DNA from: Mobula hypostoma | Lineage: Eukaryota | Reading direction: 5' to 3' | Length of the DNA: 64,000 bases | NCBI RefSeq assembly: GCF_963921235.1 | Contig: NC_086108.1 | Location: forward strand, 51,586,001-51,650,000 | Part shown: positions 50,816-63,179 of the stretch, piece after piece | How the letters are laid out: every line of letters begins with the position of its first letter | Numbering within the stretch: position 1 is the first letter of the stretch | Made by a program: the position numbers and the translations under genes | The notes under the pieces: model-generated | The model's database searches: none | The model's input: only the letters and a program-made list of their open reading frames with translations | What the model was told of the DNA's origin: nothing

Positions 50816-53130
50816 GGCACCTACTGAGGTCAGGGAACGTCAGGTTGAGAACCCTGATGATCTGAGCTAGCCCTTGACATTAATTATGACTATTCATAAG
50901 CCCTTCACCCCCGGGGAGAAACAAAGCATCTTGTCTGCGTTGCCCTCACTTAAAGTCGCCTGTGGGAATTCAGAATTCTGGTGCAAACTCGAGGAAATAG
51001 CTGAAGTTCACCAGATGCACCCTAAAGATATACATGTGTTAGTGAAAGCAAAGTGCCCGAGGAATATGTGGGATAGAATGGCCCGGGGGGTGCGGGATGG
51101 TACATGGGCAACTACTGGGAGCACCAGTAATGAAGAAAGATATCGCTCTTTTAAAGGGGAAGTGAGGCAGCGGCTGGGGGGAGGAGAGTAGCTCGGGAAT
51201 GATAATGGCAGTGATTCAAAAAGCTAACGAGACAGACATGGATTACGCAGAACGTAAATACCGAGTGTATGAGGAGTATTCAGGGTTGGATAATCCAGGG
51301 AGGGACGACCCAGTCTTCCTAAAAATGCTGAAGGAAGGCCTGAGCTCAGCCCACCAAGAAGTTTTAGATTTAGGCATAACGGTAGGGTCCAACTACTCTG
51401 AGATAGTTTCATGGGTCAGTGAGATAGACCAAAGAGAAGGCAAGAGAAATCGTAAAGTGGGTATAGTGGATGCAGCTGCTGTGATGTCTCGGAGGGCTTG
51501 CTTTGCTTGCCAACAGCCAGGGCACTTTGCAAAGGCCTGCCGGACCAGGTATAAGGCAGTGAAGGAGCTGATATGCTACAGCTGTGGCCTATCGGGACAT
51601 GGCTGGAGACAGTGTCCAAACGAGAGGGGGAAAACCCAGGTGAAGGTCACGACAAACACCCAGCCACTCACCCCATTAGCAACCAGTCTGACTGTCGATC
51701 AGATGAAAGAGTTAGTGACAGCGCCTCTTACGGCAGAAAAGGATGTGGCAGCGGGCTGCACGGGCTGCTCTGATGACTCACGGATGTACATTACGGCATG
51801 GTTAGGGGGACGGCAATGCAATATGTTAGTGGACACAGGGACATTGGTATCGATAACAGACTCACCCTTACCAACAACAGGACAAGCCAGTTACATCGGG
51901 GTGTAGGAGGGAAAACAGTAAAAGCAGAAAGAAGCGAGAAGCAAATACTAGAAATCGGGGGAGTACAGCTTCCAGTGTATTTCTGGGTATGTCCAAATAA
52001 TGAGGGCACGATCCTTGGAATAGACATCCTCAGGGAAGCAGGAGCTGTTATAGATTCGGGAAAGGGAGAAATAATATGGACGAGTCAGGGGCAGCGAACG
52101 CGCACAACCAACAGAATACACGGCCTGGCTAGCATAGGCGCAGCTGCCCCAATCATTAGAGACTGGAGCCAGGATGGTGTCTATGGGTCACCTTGTCAGC
52201 AGTTCCCAGCTGTGTGGACTAGAGACAAGCAAGATTGTGGGCAGGTGAAGATAAACCCAGTTAAAATAGAGGAGGGTCAGTATAAATCCCCTAAGCAGGA
52301 CCCTATAGAAACTGACACACTGACCGCTGTTCAGGGTATAGCGAAGGAACAAAAACACCAGGGGATACTCAGAGACTGCGGCCACTCCAGAACATAAAGT
52401 TTTCCCAGTTCCTCCGAGGGCAGACATTACTGCAAATAAGGAAGCAGGGGAACAAGAGGCAATTGAGATTGCAAGTGTGCAGGAGGAAACGACAGAAGCC
52501 AGCTTAGTAATATTATATGCAGAGGTAGCGACAGAAGAGAAGGAAAAATAGAGGAGAAAAGGAGGGACCAGATGGGTGCTGGACACATGGGGAGGAAGGG
52601 GTCACGGTGGCTCCACCCTGTATTAGACAGATACTACTAAAGTTTTATCATGGGGCAATGCATCAGGGAAGACAGAGCATGATCACAACCCTCCGGCAGG
52701 ACTGGTGGTGGCCTGAGATGGGCAGGGATGTTGAGAAATTCTGCTGCCGTTTATATCATTTGTGCCCAGCACAACCCTGGTAAGGGCAGAAAGCTACAGC
52801 TGGCAAATCAGCCTGGGTGGAGGGGACCCTGGGAAAACATCCAGATAGACTTCACAGGGCCCCTGCCATAAAGCAGGGGGGAAAGTTACTATTAAAGGAC
52901 CAAGTGAAACAACTGCAAATCGCTGATCAGAAAGAGCCAGAGGGAAAGGGGATAGTTCTTCCACAGCCCGGCAACCAAGTTATGGTGAGGGTGCTGCCAG
53001 AAAGGCCTGGGTTTGCCCCCAGGTGGATAGGACCACAGACGGTACTCTTAACCAATGATACGTATGTTTTTGACAGACTCGGCAAGGCAGCCAGTGGAAA
53101 CACTGGACCCAGATTAAAGAATATGACTCA
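50816..53130 (+). pseudogene. Disrupted gag-pro-pol
   Basis: Two CCHC knuckles (CFACQQPGHFAKAC, CYSCGLSGHGWRQC); protease LVDTG...ILGIDIL; pre-RT VWTRDKQDCG; integrase pieces WWPEMGRDV, PWENIQIDFTGPLP and PGNQVMV...PRWIGP; RT core and most of the integrase core are absent. Confidence 0.9.
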
Positions 53131-54216
53131 CCCTCTTGTTGCTCCCACAGAGTGGGGAACCAAGGGTACCCAGTAACCATGTAGTTACAGAGAATCTAAG
53201 AGAGGAACACCAGCCGGCCATGGCAGACCCGACCACAGCTGATGAAAACATACCTGGAGAAAACGCAAAGGCAGAAAACACCAAGAGCGTGGCAGAAGAC
53301 ACTGAGAGCATGTTGGAAAACCATGAATAGCCTGCTAAAGTGTGATGATGATGGTACTCTGTAAAGAAGGCTGGTTGCTGAAGGTAGATGGCTGATTTTA
53401 TAGTATAGAAATTTATTGGGAAATAGATGGGGAGGAATTTTTGAGTTGAAGCAGAGACGGCAAGCTCCACCACTTCAATGGCATTTCAGACTGCACACGG
53501 CATCTGAAAGCAGTCACCCCGAGTCTGAGGAGCTGGGCCCTTTTCAGCAGTTGAGCGGGTGATCGACCAGACAGTTCGGAAGTGGGTGCCACCGGGGAGA
53601 GGTCCTTGCAGACATTTACATAGAGGCCACCCCAACCCCTTCCTGTACATTGATGAGAGAGCCTTTGGGTGCTCCTGGAAGGAGAGTTTCAGCAACCAGA
53701 GGATAAAGGGCTGAAGACAAAGGAATGTGATTAAGACGTAGTCAGCCTGCAGGCACACAAAAGGAGCTGCATTCCTAATGACTTGGAAGAGCCTCTCTGC
53801 TTCACATTAGGTAATGCTAGGATAGATATCAAGGTACATAAAATTGGGGGGGAATTTTGAGACAGGGCATTTTTGCTGCCCTATTTCAGCAGATCCTCCT
53901 TTCTTTTGAAATCTTTTTATTAATTTTCAAAATTATAAACTCAACCAATTTGGTACAAAGAAATTGGAATAATGTTAATCAACATACATAAAAAGAATTT
54001 TAAGTAACATAGATATAGAAGACTTCCAAACTCATAATGAAATTAGTCTTTAAAAAAGAAATAAAAAGAAAAAAATATATAAACAAAAAAAACCCCAAAA
54101 AAAGGCAAAACAGGGCTAGACCAATAGCTTGTATCAGACGCATTCAGTAATGTCGTTAACTCCGCTCCTCTAATCAAATAATTTAAGTTTTAAAACAAAG
54201 TTTCAGAAAGGTCAGA

Positions 54217-57200
54217 TTACTTCATATGAAAATGTTGCATAAAAAGTTTCCAAGTTTCTTCAAATTTAACCGAAGGGTCAAAAATATCACTTCTAATTTT
54301 TTCTAAATTTAAACTTAATATAGTTTGAGAAAACCATTGGAATGTAGTTGGAGGATTAGTTTCCTTCCAGTTCAACAAAATAGATCTTCTCGCCATTAAA
54401 GTAACAAATGCTATCATCCGACAGGCTGAAGAAGACAAAGGTCTATGTTCTACCATTGGCAATACCAAAATTGTTGTAATAGGATGGGGTTTTAAGTCAA
54501 AACATAGAACTGTTGAAATAATATCAAAAATATCTTTCCAATATTTTTCCAAAAGAGGACAAGACCGAAACATATGAGTTAAAGAGACCACTTCAGAGTG
54601 ACATCTATCACAAACAGGATTTATACGGGAATAAAAATGAGTTAATTTATCTTTGGACATATGGGCTCTATGTACTACTTTAAATTGTAATAGCGTGTGT
54701 TTAGCACATATAGAAGAAGTACTAACTAATTGAGAAATTTTTTTCCCATTTCTCTCTAGGTAAACAAAGTTGAAGTTCCCTTTCCCATTCATTTTTAATT
54801 TTATCAGATATACCTGGCTGTCATTTCATAATTATATCATAAATAATTGCTATTAATCCCTTCTGCGAAGGATTTAAGCCTAAAATTTTATCAATAATGC
54901 TAGTAGGATTTGAAGTCAGAAAGATAGGCAATGTAGTATTTATAAAAAAATAAAAAATAAAAATAAAAAATTATTTCTAAGTATCTTTTTTTTTAAAAAA
55001 AAAAGTGGGATCTGGGCAAATCAAATTTCTCAGATAACTGCTCAAAAGACATAAAACAGTTATCCAAAAATAAATCACAAACATATACCTTTCGTTTTCC
55101 ATATCAAAATGGCTTGGTCCATTACAGAAGGTTGAAAAAGAAATTAGATATAATAGGACTTGATAACATGAATTCGTTCAAACCAAAAAAATTACGAAAC
55201 TGAAACCATATTCGCAATGCATGTTTAACTATAGGGTTAAACATTTGTTTATTCAATTTAGATAGAACAAAAGGCAGTGAAGTTCCTAAAATGGAAGCTA
55301 AAGAGAACCCCTGTACAGAGTGGCCTTCAAGGTTTACCCGATATGGGCTTGGAGTTATATTCCAATCTTGCGTCCAAAATATTAAATATCGAATGTTAAT
55401 TGCCCAGTAATAAAATCTTGGGTTAGGCAATGCCAAACCACCCTCTTTCTTAGATTTCTAAGTATTTTTTACTTAATCTGTGATTTTTATTTTGCCATAT
55501 ACAAGAGGAGATTTTGGAATCAATAGTATCAAAAAAAGATTTAGGAATAAAAATTGGTATCGTTTGAAATAAGTATAAAAATTTAGGTAAAATAATCATT
55601 TTAATAGCATTAATTTGGCCAATCAATGATAGAGACAATGGGGACCACTTAGTAATCAGTTGTTTAACCTGATTAATTAATGGTAAAAAGTTAAAATTGG
55701 ATAGATTCTTATGTCTCTTAGTAATTTTAACTCCTAAGTAAGTAAAATAGTCAGTAGTCACTCTAAATGGAGAATTTCTATAAGTGGGAACCTGCATATT
55801 TAATGAAAAGAGTTCACTCTTACCTAGGTTCAGTTTATAACCAGAAAAACTACTAAACTGGGCAAGCAAAGTTAATACTGCCAGAATAGATTTCCCTGGG
55901 TTAGAAATATATAATAGTAGATCATCTGCATATAGTGATAATTTATGAGTCTCATTTCCACGGGTAATGCCAAATATATTAGGGGAGTCACGAATGGCAA
56001 TAGCTAGCGGTTCCAAAGCAATATCAAATAGTAGTGGACTGAGAGGACAGCCCTGCCTAGTACCACGGAATACATGAAAAAGAGGTGATCTATGATTCTT
56101 AATAAATACCGAAGCCAAAGGGGCAAGATATATCAGTTTAATCCAAGATATAAATATTGAACTAAAATTAAATTTCTCAAAGGTGTTAAATAAATATGTC
56201 CATTCAACTCTGTCAAAAGCTTTCTAGACATCCAATGAAATAACACATTCTGGAATTTTAGGTGAAGGTGTATAAATAATATTCATTAATCTCCTAATAT
56301 TGAAAAAAGAGTAACGATTTTTAATAAATCCAGTCTGATCAGCAGAAATAATTTGAGGTAATACATTCTCTAATCTCATTGCCAATATTTTAGAAAAAAA
56401 TCTTAGAATCCACATTCAACCAACTTATAGGCCTATAAGATGCACATTCAGTAGGATCCTTATCTTTTTTAAGAATTAGGGAAATAGAAGCTCGATAAAA
56501 AGATTGTGGTAATTTACCTATAGATACTGCATCCCTAAAAATTCTATATAGCCAAGGAGTCAGTGTAGTAGAGAAACATTAAGAAAAATTCTACTGTAAA
56601 TCCATCTGGGCCAGGTGCTTTACCTGAGTTCATTGAAAAAATAGCATTCTTTATTTCCTCTGCTGTAATAGGTACATCTAGTTTTGAACGATCATTAGAT
56701 GATAATTTTGGAATATTCAATTTCTTTAAAAATTCATGCATTATAGTTGAGTCGTCAGGAAATTCTGTTTGATATAAGGAGGTATAAAATTCTTGAAAGG
56801 ATTTATTAATCTCGTCATGGTCAACTGTCAAAGTGCCATCTTGTTTACCAATCGTAACAATCTGTCGTTTAACCGAGGCCGATTTCAATTGATTAGCTAA
56901 AAGTTTTCCAGTTTTATCATCATGTATATAAAATTGACTCTTAGTTTTGATTAATTGACTTTCAATCAAAGATGATAATAAGAGATTATGTTCCGTTTGA
57001 AGTTCAACGCTGTTTATAAAGTTCCTGATTAGGAGCTATAAAATATTTCTTATCAACTTTTTTAATCTTGTCAACCAGTTTAAGTATTTCCTTATTAGTT
57101 CGCTTTTTTTAGTCCAGCAGTATATGAAATAATTTGTCCACGAATATATGCTTTAAAAGTATCTCAGAGTCCCACTGGAAATATTGTCTGTAGAATTCAT

Positions 57201-58033
57201 TGTAAAGAAAAACTTAATCTGTTCCTCAATAAACCTAACAAAATCTGGATCTTGAAGCAAAGTGGTATTAAATCGCCATTGTCTAGAATTAGTAAATGTA
57301 TCCCTTGGGTTAATAAATAATTTCAATGGTGCATGGTCAGAAACAGCAACAGAATCATATTTGCAACCAGTAACAAGAGGAATTAATCGAGAGTCAATTA
57401 AAAAAATGGTGAATTCTTGAATAGTGCTGATATACATGTGAGGGGGGGGGGCGGGAAGAGAACTTTCTTATTCGGATGTAAGAATCCCCAAATTTCAGAG
57501 ATTCCTGAGTCGGTCATAAAAGAGTTAATAAGGGTAGCCGATTTATTGGGAAGTACGTGATTAAACTTGGATCTATCCATCGAAGGATTTAAACAACAAT
57601 TGAAATCTCCACCCATAATCAGCATATAGTCATTTAAGTGAGGAAGAGAAGTAAAGAGATTCTTAAAAAAAAATCAGGACAGTCAACATTTGGGGCATAA
57701 ACATTGAGCATAGTAACGTTTTTGTTGAATAACAAGCCAGTAATCAACAAAAATCTGCCATTAGAATCTGAAATCGTCTCATAGTGCCAAAATGAAATTG
57801 ATGGATCTATAAAAATAGAAACGCCTTTTACTTTAGCCTGTGAATTTGAGTGGTACTGTTGTTCCTTCCAGAATCTAAACAAGTGCTGATTATCCTCTTT
57901 CCAGACAGGGTTTCTTGTACAAAAATAATATGAGCATTCATCCTATGGAATACTTTTAAAAAATTTTCTTCCGTTTAATTGGGTGGTTTAAGCCATTTGT
58001 ATTCCAAGGAACCAAATTGATAGTCTTATCCAT
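54217..58033 (-). pseudogene. L1 ORF2 (APE endonuclease, RT, C-terminal Cys-rich domain), frameshifted
   Basis: MDKTINLVPWNTNGLN start; GGDFN, SDHAP, GKAPGPDGF, GTRQGCPLSPLLF, LYADD, CDRC...HMFRSC motifs. Confidence 0.92.
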
Positions 58034-58726
58034 CGTAATGAGCTTGAGTATAAGGTATGTAAAGGGTTAACCAGAGTACAGACTCATGACCCCGAAAGAG
58101 GGAAAAAGGTCCAAGGAGGAACCGGAAGTTACGACATTTCAGACATTTTGTACTTTCAGGTCAGCCCGTTTAAGAAGTAAAATAAAAATAGGAACAAAAA
58201 TACCATCCACCTCCCACAAAAACCCCGAAAAAAGTGGCCAATGCTAAATCTAAAGCTAATCCTACCCCCATCTTTCCAGAAGGTGACCCAAAAGAAATAT
58301 GTTTATCAAAAAAGATACCACTCAAGTTTTTAAAAAAAGTAAAAAAAAACTAGCTATATCAGTAGAAAACATCTTACAGCGATTATAAGCATCGAATAGT
58401 TCCTTCCTACTCATATTTTGGAGAACATCAAATGTAAAATAATATTACTATATTAATTTTTCATATATAAATGATCGGAAGAGTTGTTAGAGACAGAGGA
58501 TTCCGGGGAGAAGAAGAAAACAATCCACCATTTTAAAATGTAATATTCCAGTAACATTTCAGAAAAAACACGTGCATTAAAATTGTAACTAAATAACTTT
58601 CAAAAGGTATTTAGAGTGAGATATACAAGATCACTAACAGAAAAGCATAATATCATTTAGCAGTATAAAGCGAACCCTTGAACTATACAAATCAAAGATG
58701 AGAAAGAAAACAAAACGATACATTAA

Positions 58727-59568
58727 TTAATCCTCTGCAGAGGGAGGCAGATTATCAAGAAAATTTTGGGCGTCCATCGGGTTTTTAAACAGGTTACGTA
58801 AGTTGTCCAGCATAACAACTCTCAGATGGACTGGAAACAGTAATGTAATTTTATAGCCCTCGCGATAAAGTTCTGCCATCTGTGGTTTAAAAGCCATGCT
58901 TTTTTTCAGTACATCCTGGCTGTAGTCTTCAATAATTCTGAACTTGAATTCTCGAAATTGGATCATACCTTTCTTCCGAGCAACTCGAATCACTCATTCC
59001 TTATCATGGACATAATGAAACCGAATAATGATCAGTCTCGGTCTGGCCAAATTCTCCAGATTAAAACGAAATGAACGATGAGCACCATGTGGGGGCTCCT
59101 CAAATAAATCGGAGCCAAACACACCCATCAGCAATTTAGAAAAATACTTGGTAGGATCTCCTGTCTCAGCATCTTCAGAAAATCTGATTATTTGCAAATT
59201 CTGTCATCGGGAGCGATTTTCGAGATCGATAGTCTTAGCTTGATAATGTTCCAATTGCTGAGTTACCGAAGTTAAACTTTTTTTCAAGAGCTTCAATTTT
59301 TTTTATCTCTTTTGCGGCCATCTTCATCCAGTTCCGAGATTCTGACTTGATGTTGATTGATTTCACGTCTGAATATTCTTGATTCTTCTTTCATCGACTT
59401 CAACACTTCTTCAATTGCAGTAAGTCTTCGATTAACTGTATCTTCTGGAAGTTTCTTCATTAGTTCCATAGTTATTGGAACTTCCCTCAATGTTCCAGGA
59501 TCACCGTTTTTTTTCCCGTTCCTGCCGGAACCTTTGCTTCTTTAACTTCTCGTGCTCTGGTATTCATT
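58727..59568 (-). pseudogene. L1 ORF1 (coiled coil + RRM/CTD), disrupted
   Basis: IDLENRSR, AHRS...RPRLIIIRF, RIIEDYS and LLFPVHLRV motifs across ORFs 58727-59490. Confidence 0.85.
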
Positions 59569-59787
59569 TTCAGTAAGTAAAGGTCGTAGTTCAATAATAT
59601 AAATGTGATATAAATCATTTAGTGTAGGTTTAGGTAAAGTGAATAAGAGTGGTTACATGTAAGAGAGTAAAGGGTACGGAGCGACGCCAAAATACAGCAC
59701 ACTCCATGAGCCCCTGCCGGAAAGTCCCTCAGCAGATCTGCCTAGGTTGGCCTTTCCTGATACAAATTTAATTTGTCCAGGAGGGCC

Positions 59788-59798
59788 AAGAGGAGGGA
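59788..59798 (+). promoter_or_regulatory. Polypurine tract
   Basis: AAGAGGAGGGA immediately before the 3' LTR. Confidence 0.85.
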
Positions 59799-59799
59799 C

Positions 59800-60354
59800 T
59801 GTTAGAGTGGATTTCTTTTTGAGTAGATGATTTGTTTACACTTAAATGACTTTGGTCACTAGACTTCTATTTTAACTGTTTGACAAAGGACTGTGGATTG
59901 AGTCCACCACAATGAGCTTCCTAAAAGGTGTAAATACCAGATGCTTCTGGTGTCTGATGCTGTAGTTTTGAAGACAGTATTATCTATACATTATAAATAT
60001 TAATTTTCTTCTAAGTTAGCACGTAAAATGCCCAATAAATGTATTGTGGAGTGAACTAAAGGCTGTGGATACCAACCCAGACATGTTGGTGTCAGAAGGA
60101 AAGGATGAAATCTGAAGGTGTGATGTTTGTATGTAGCTTCAATAGGAAGCATTGTCTATGCATTGTCTGTAACTTTTTAAGTAGCGATTGCCTTTGTGTT
60201 TAGCATATAAATATCGAGCCCACATTGAGCTAACAGACCTCTCTGTGGAAAGCGTCTCCGTTGGTATGATGCCTGCTTGTTGGGTCGAATAAAGAAGCTG
60301 CTTTGTATCTACCAGTGACTCTGTCTCTCCGGTAATTTCATACACGCTGCAACA
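59800..60354 (+). repeat. 3' LTR
   Basis: Direct repeat of 48292-48841, followed by TSD GTTAC. Confidence 0.95.
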
Positions 60355-61364
60355 GTTACTACTTCAAAACGTTGCATTATTTTATCATTTCTTATGATTG
60401 CTACATACATATACAATGACATTAATCTATTAACATTGAAGATTTTATCACTAAGTTCTGTGACTAAAATAATAACAAACCATTGCTTGAGAAAATTGTA
60501 GTAAGCAGAGGGCAAAAGAGAAAACAGGAAAAGGCCATACTGCTTTTGTTGGTTGTGCTATTCAGTAACGTTGTGAAGTAGCAAGATCCTGCTGTTTCAT
60601 CGTTGGTTAGAATTAATTAACTCTAACCAGCATGGAACTCCACCACTTCAGGACCTGAAGGTAGATTAATGGGTATCACCTCTTTCCTGTTAACACCTGG
60701 TATGTTGCCCAGTGAGAGATGAGTACTAAAGAATTTACATATCTGAGTGGAACACAAAAAAGCATATGCAGGATTAGGCTACCAGGCCCCTCCATCCTGC
60801 CTCATCATTCAATACATGACTGATCTACATTGACCTTAATTCCTCATCTGTGAAAATAGCCTATAACCCTCTTTGTCTGGTATGATATACCCATTACACT
60901 ATTATAGGCTCCTATAATGGAATTATACCTCAGATGTCCTGAGGTGAACTCAGAGAAGACAGAAACCTGGTGTATAACCGTGGGACATACACTCACTTGA
61001 TTTTTGGAATAAAATTGAAAATGTTCATTCAAAGTCCAACCTTTAAGTAGAAGGTAGATGGAAACCATGACCTCTGTGTCAACATTGATCAAAGTACATG
61101 CATGATTATTCAACACATGTATTGACCTAACAGCAGGATTTGAACAAATCAGTACTTCCAACTTACATTATGTCATAACACTTTCAATCCAGTTAATTTG
61201 TTATTTTCAGAAAAAAATCTAAGAAGTTTAATAGTTTCCCTTTTAGTCCAGGTTTCCCAACATTTGTTGTGTTTTTTCAAAATAAGGTTGACCATTAGTC
61301 AATGCTTAATAAACATTTCCTTCATTTTAAAAGGCATGGAAGTGGAACTAATTGTAAATGCCTC

Positions 61365-61645
61365 AGTTTAGTGTAGTGATTAGTGCACGCTCAGGACATC
61401 AAAGTTCAGAGTTCAATTCCGACATCCTCTGTAAGGAGTTTGTACATCCTCACTGTGGAATGCATGATGTTTTTCTGGGTCCCCAGGTTTCCTCCCACAC
61501 TCCGGAGCCGTAGCAGGTAGGTTAACTGGTCATTGTAAATGATCCTATGATTAGGAAAGAGTTAGATCAGGGTTATGGGGGGTTGCTGGGCAGTGTGGCT
61601 CAAAGGGCCAGAAGGGCCTATTCCATGCTGTATTTTTGAATAAAC
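61365..61645 (+). mobile_element. V-SINE/HE1-like SINE
   Basis: B box GAGTTCAATTCC, V-domain-like GGTTTCCTCCCACAC...GGTTAACTGG, CR1-like tail GGGCCAGAAGGGCCTATTCC...AATAAA. Confidence 0.75.
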
Positions 61646-61854
61646 AAAGAGATTTAGCATTTATTTTTAAATATAGAGACTAGATCAGCCTATTTTGAAG
61701 AATAGTCTCTCTCACACACATTATTATTGCCAGTGCCTCAGAAATTTCCTCCTTTGTTTATTTTACACACTGATATTAAAGACCATCAATTTCGTGGTAA
61801 TTTGTTGAGGTCAAACCAATTTTTTGTTTGCTTCAGACGTCCACCTCACTGAAA

Positions 61855-62540
61855 ACAAAGAACATGTAAAAGAGGAGAAGCCATTGGTCATTTGCACCTA
61901 ATCCACTACTCAACAGATTTGCAGCTGAACTTCACATTTTCCTGCAAGGTCCCAATACCCCTTAATTCTAATACTGTATCCTGTTCTGCTTTGAATGAAG
62001 TTAATGACTGAGCCTTCACTGTGGTTCAGAATACACAATCTTCATCAAACTGAATGAAAAAAATTAATTTCAACCCTAAATCACCTATCCCTTATTTTAA
62101 GATCAAGGTTCCTTCACCAGAAAAAACATTTGCACCGATGAGCCCACTTGGCCTTCTAAACACTAAAGCAGAGTCTGGCCTAATCAATCTCTGCTCAACA
62201 AAGATCATCTAGCCCAGAAACCAGTCTGGTGAATCTTTACAGCACTACCTCAATAGGAAATATATCCTTCCTTTGACAAAGAAATCAAAATAATGCAGAT
62301 GTGGTCTCCGGAGTACATCCACTTGCAATAAATTCAAACATATCATTTGCTTTCCTAATGGCCTGATGCACTTATATACAGTATTAACTTTTATTGACAT
62401 GTACAAGGTCATTCAGGTCCTACTGAACATCAGCTTTTCTCAATTTCTGCTTTTTTTTCTACTGAGGTGGATGACACATGTGTCTACATTGTACCTTATC
62501 ATCTCTGTTATGGTTCAATCATTCAGTCATTGCCTATCCT
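61855..62540 (-). mobile_element. Highly degenerate CR1 3' fragment
   Basis: Antisense CR1-like blocks (AGAACATGTAAAAGAGGAGAAGCCATT, CAGTCTGGTGAATCT, CATTTGCTTTCCTAAT). Confidence 0.5.
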
Positions 62541-62744
62541 ATTGAAGTCTTTTCATATTTTCATTTGCTCGTCACAGTGTACTTCAAAAGCTAGAAAACC
62601 TTCCTTCATCAGCCTAACACTCCAGAGTGAGAAGAGAATGCAGCCCTGGTATACTCTTCAAAAATTTGTAGCCACTAAAACAAAAACATTAATGCTGATC
62701 AGGACCTGCAGGGGGTTTCAGCAGTTAGGTGGGACTCCAGATTT

Positions 62745-62853
62745 TTTCTGGTCAGATTTATTTAATTAACTAAATTTAAATTCCCATGCTGCGGTGGTGG
62801 GATTTGAACTCTCATCTCTGGATCACTAGTTAGTAAAAACCACTGTGTTACCA
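62745..62853 (-). mobile_element. SacSINE/Deu-SINE-like tRNA-derived head
   Basis: Minus strand GGTAACACAGTGGTT...GATCCAGAGATGAGAGTTCAAATCCCACCACCGCAGCATGGGAATTTAAATTTAGTTAATT matches a recalled shark SINE head. Confidence 0.6.
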
Positions 62854-62956
62854 TACTCCTAATTATCCACATCTGTAATATAATGCAAAAAAACTTTTCT
62901 CATGACTCATGGCAGAGAGCCAGGTTCCTGAAGACATCTCTGAAACTCCCACCCAC

Positions 62957-63059
62957 AATGGCACACATGAGGAAGCTTCAAACGTAGCTTGAAAATCCCT
63001 CCTCCTGCTGCGCCAGTCTGCCTGAAGATTATGATCTCTGCTAACCAGGGATGAGTGTT
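62957..63059 (-). CDS. Internal coding exon of the unidentified host gene (NTHPWLAEIIIFRQTGAAGGGIFKLRLKLPHVCH-W)
   Basis: Acceptor TTGACTTGACAG (in-frame TGA just upstream; alternative acceptor at 63022), donor CATT|GTGGGT; 103 nt ending in phase 1, completing a TGG (Trp) codon with the exon at 27530. Confidence 0.65.
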
Positions 63060-63179
63060 CTGTCAAGTCAATTTCATATCATTCTGTATGTTTTGTAAGA
63101 AAGAATAAATTGAGAATTAATCGGGTTACATGGCATGGAAGGATGATGTAGTGAAATTGTGAACATAGGAATATGGTTT

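Larger units (their letters stand above)
53896..59728 (-). mobile_element. Full-length L1-clade LINE (about 5.8 kb) nested in the provirus
   Basis: 10-bp TSD TCAGCAGATC (53886-53895, 59729-59738); 5' end GGGACTTTCCGG; ORF1 and ORF2 remnants. Confidence 0.95.
48292..60354 (+). mobile_element. Two-LTR endogenous retrovirus-like provirus, internally deleted, with nested insertions
   Basis: LTRs 48292-48841 and 59800-60354 (TG...CA); TSD GTTAC (48287-48291, 60355-60359); PBS, PPT and gag-pro-pol remnants. Confidence 0.95.

Noticed and set aside
62863..63066. 67-aa ORF MTEHSSLVSRD... from the ORF track
   Set aside because: It overlaps the predicted exon in a different frame; the NTHPWLAE frame is the one with compatible splice phases.
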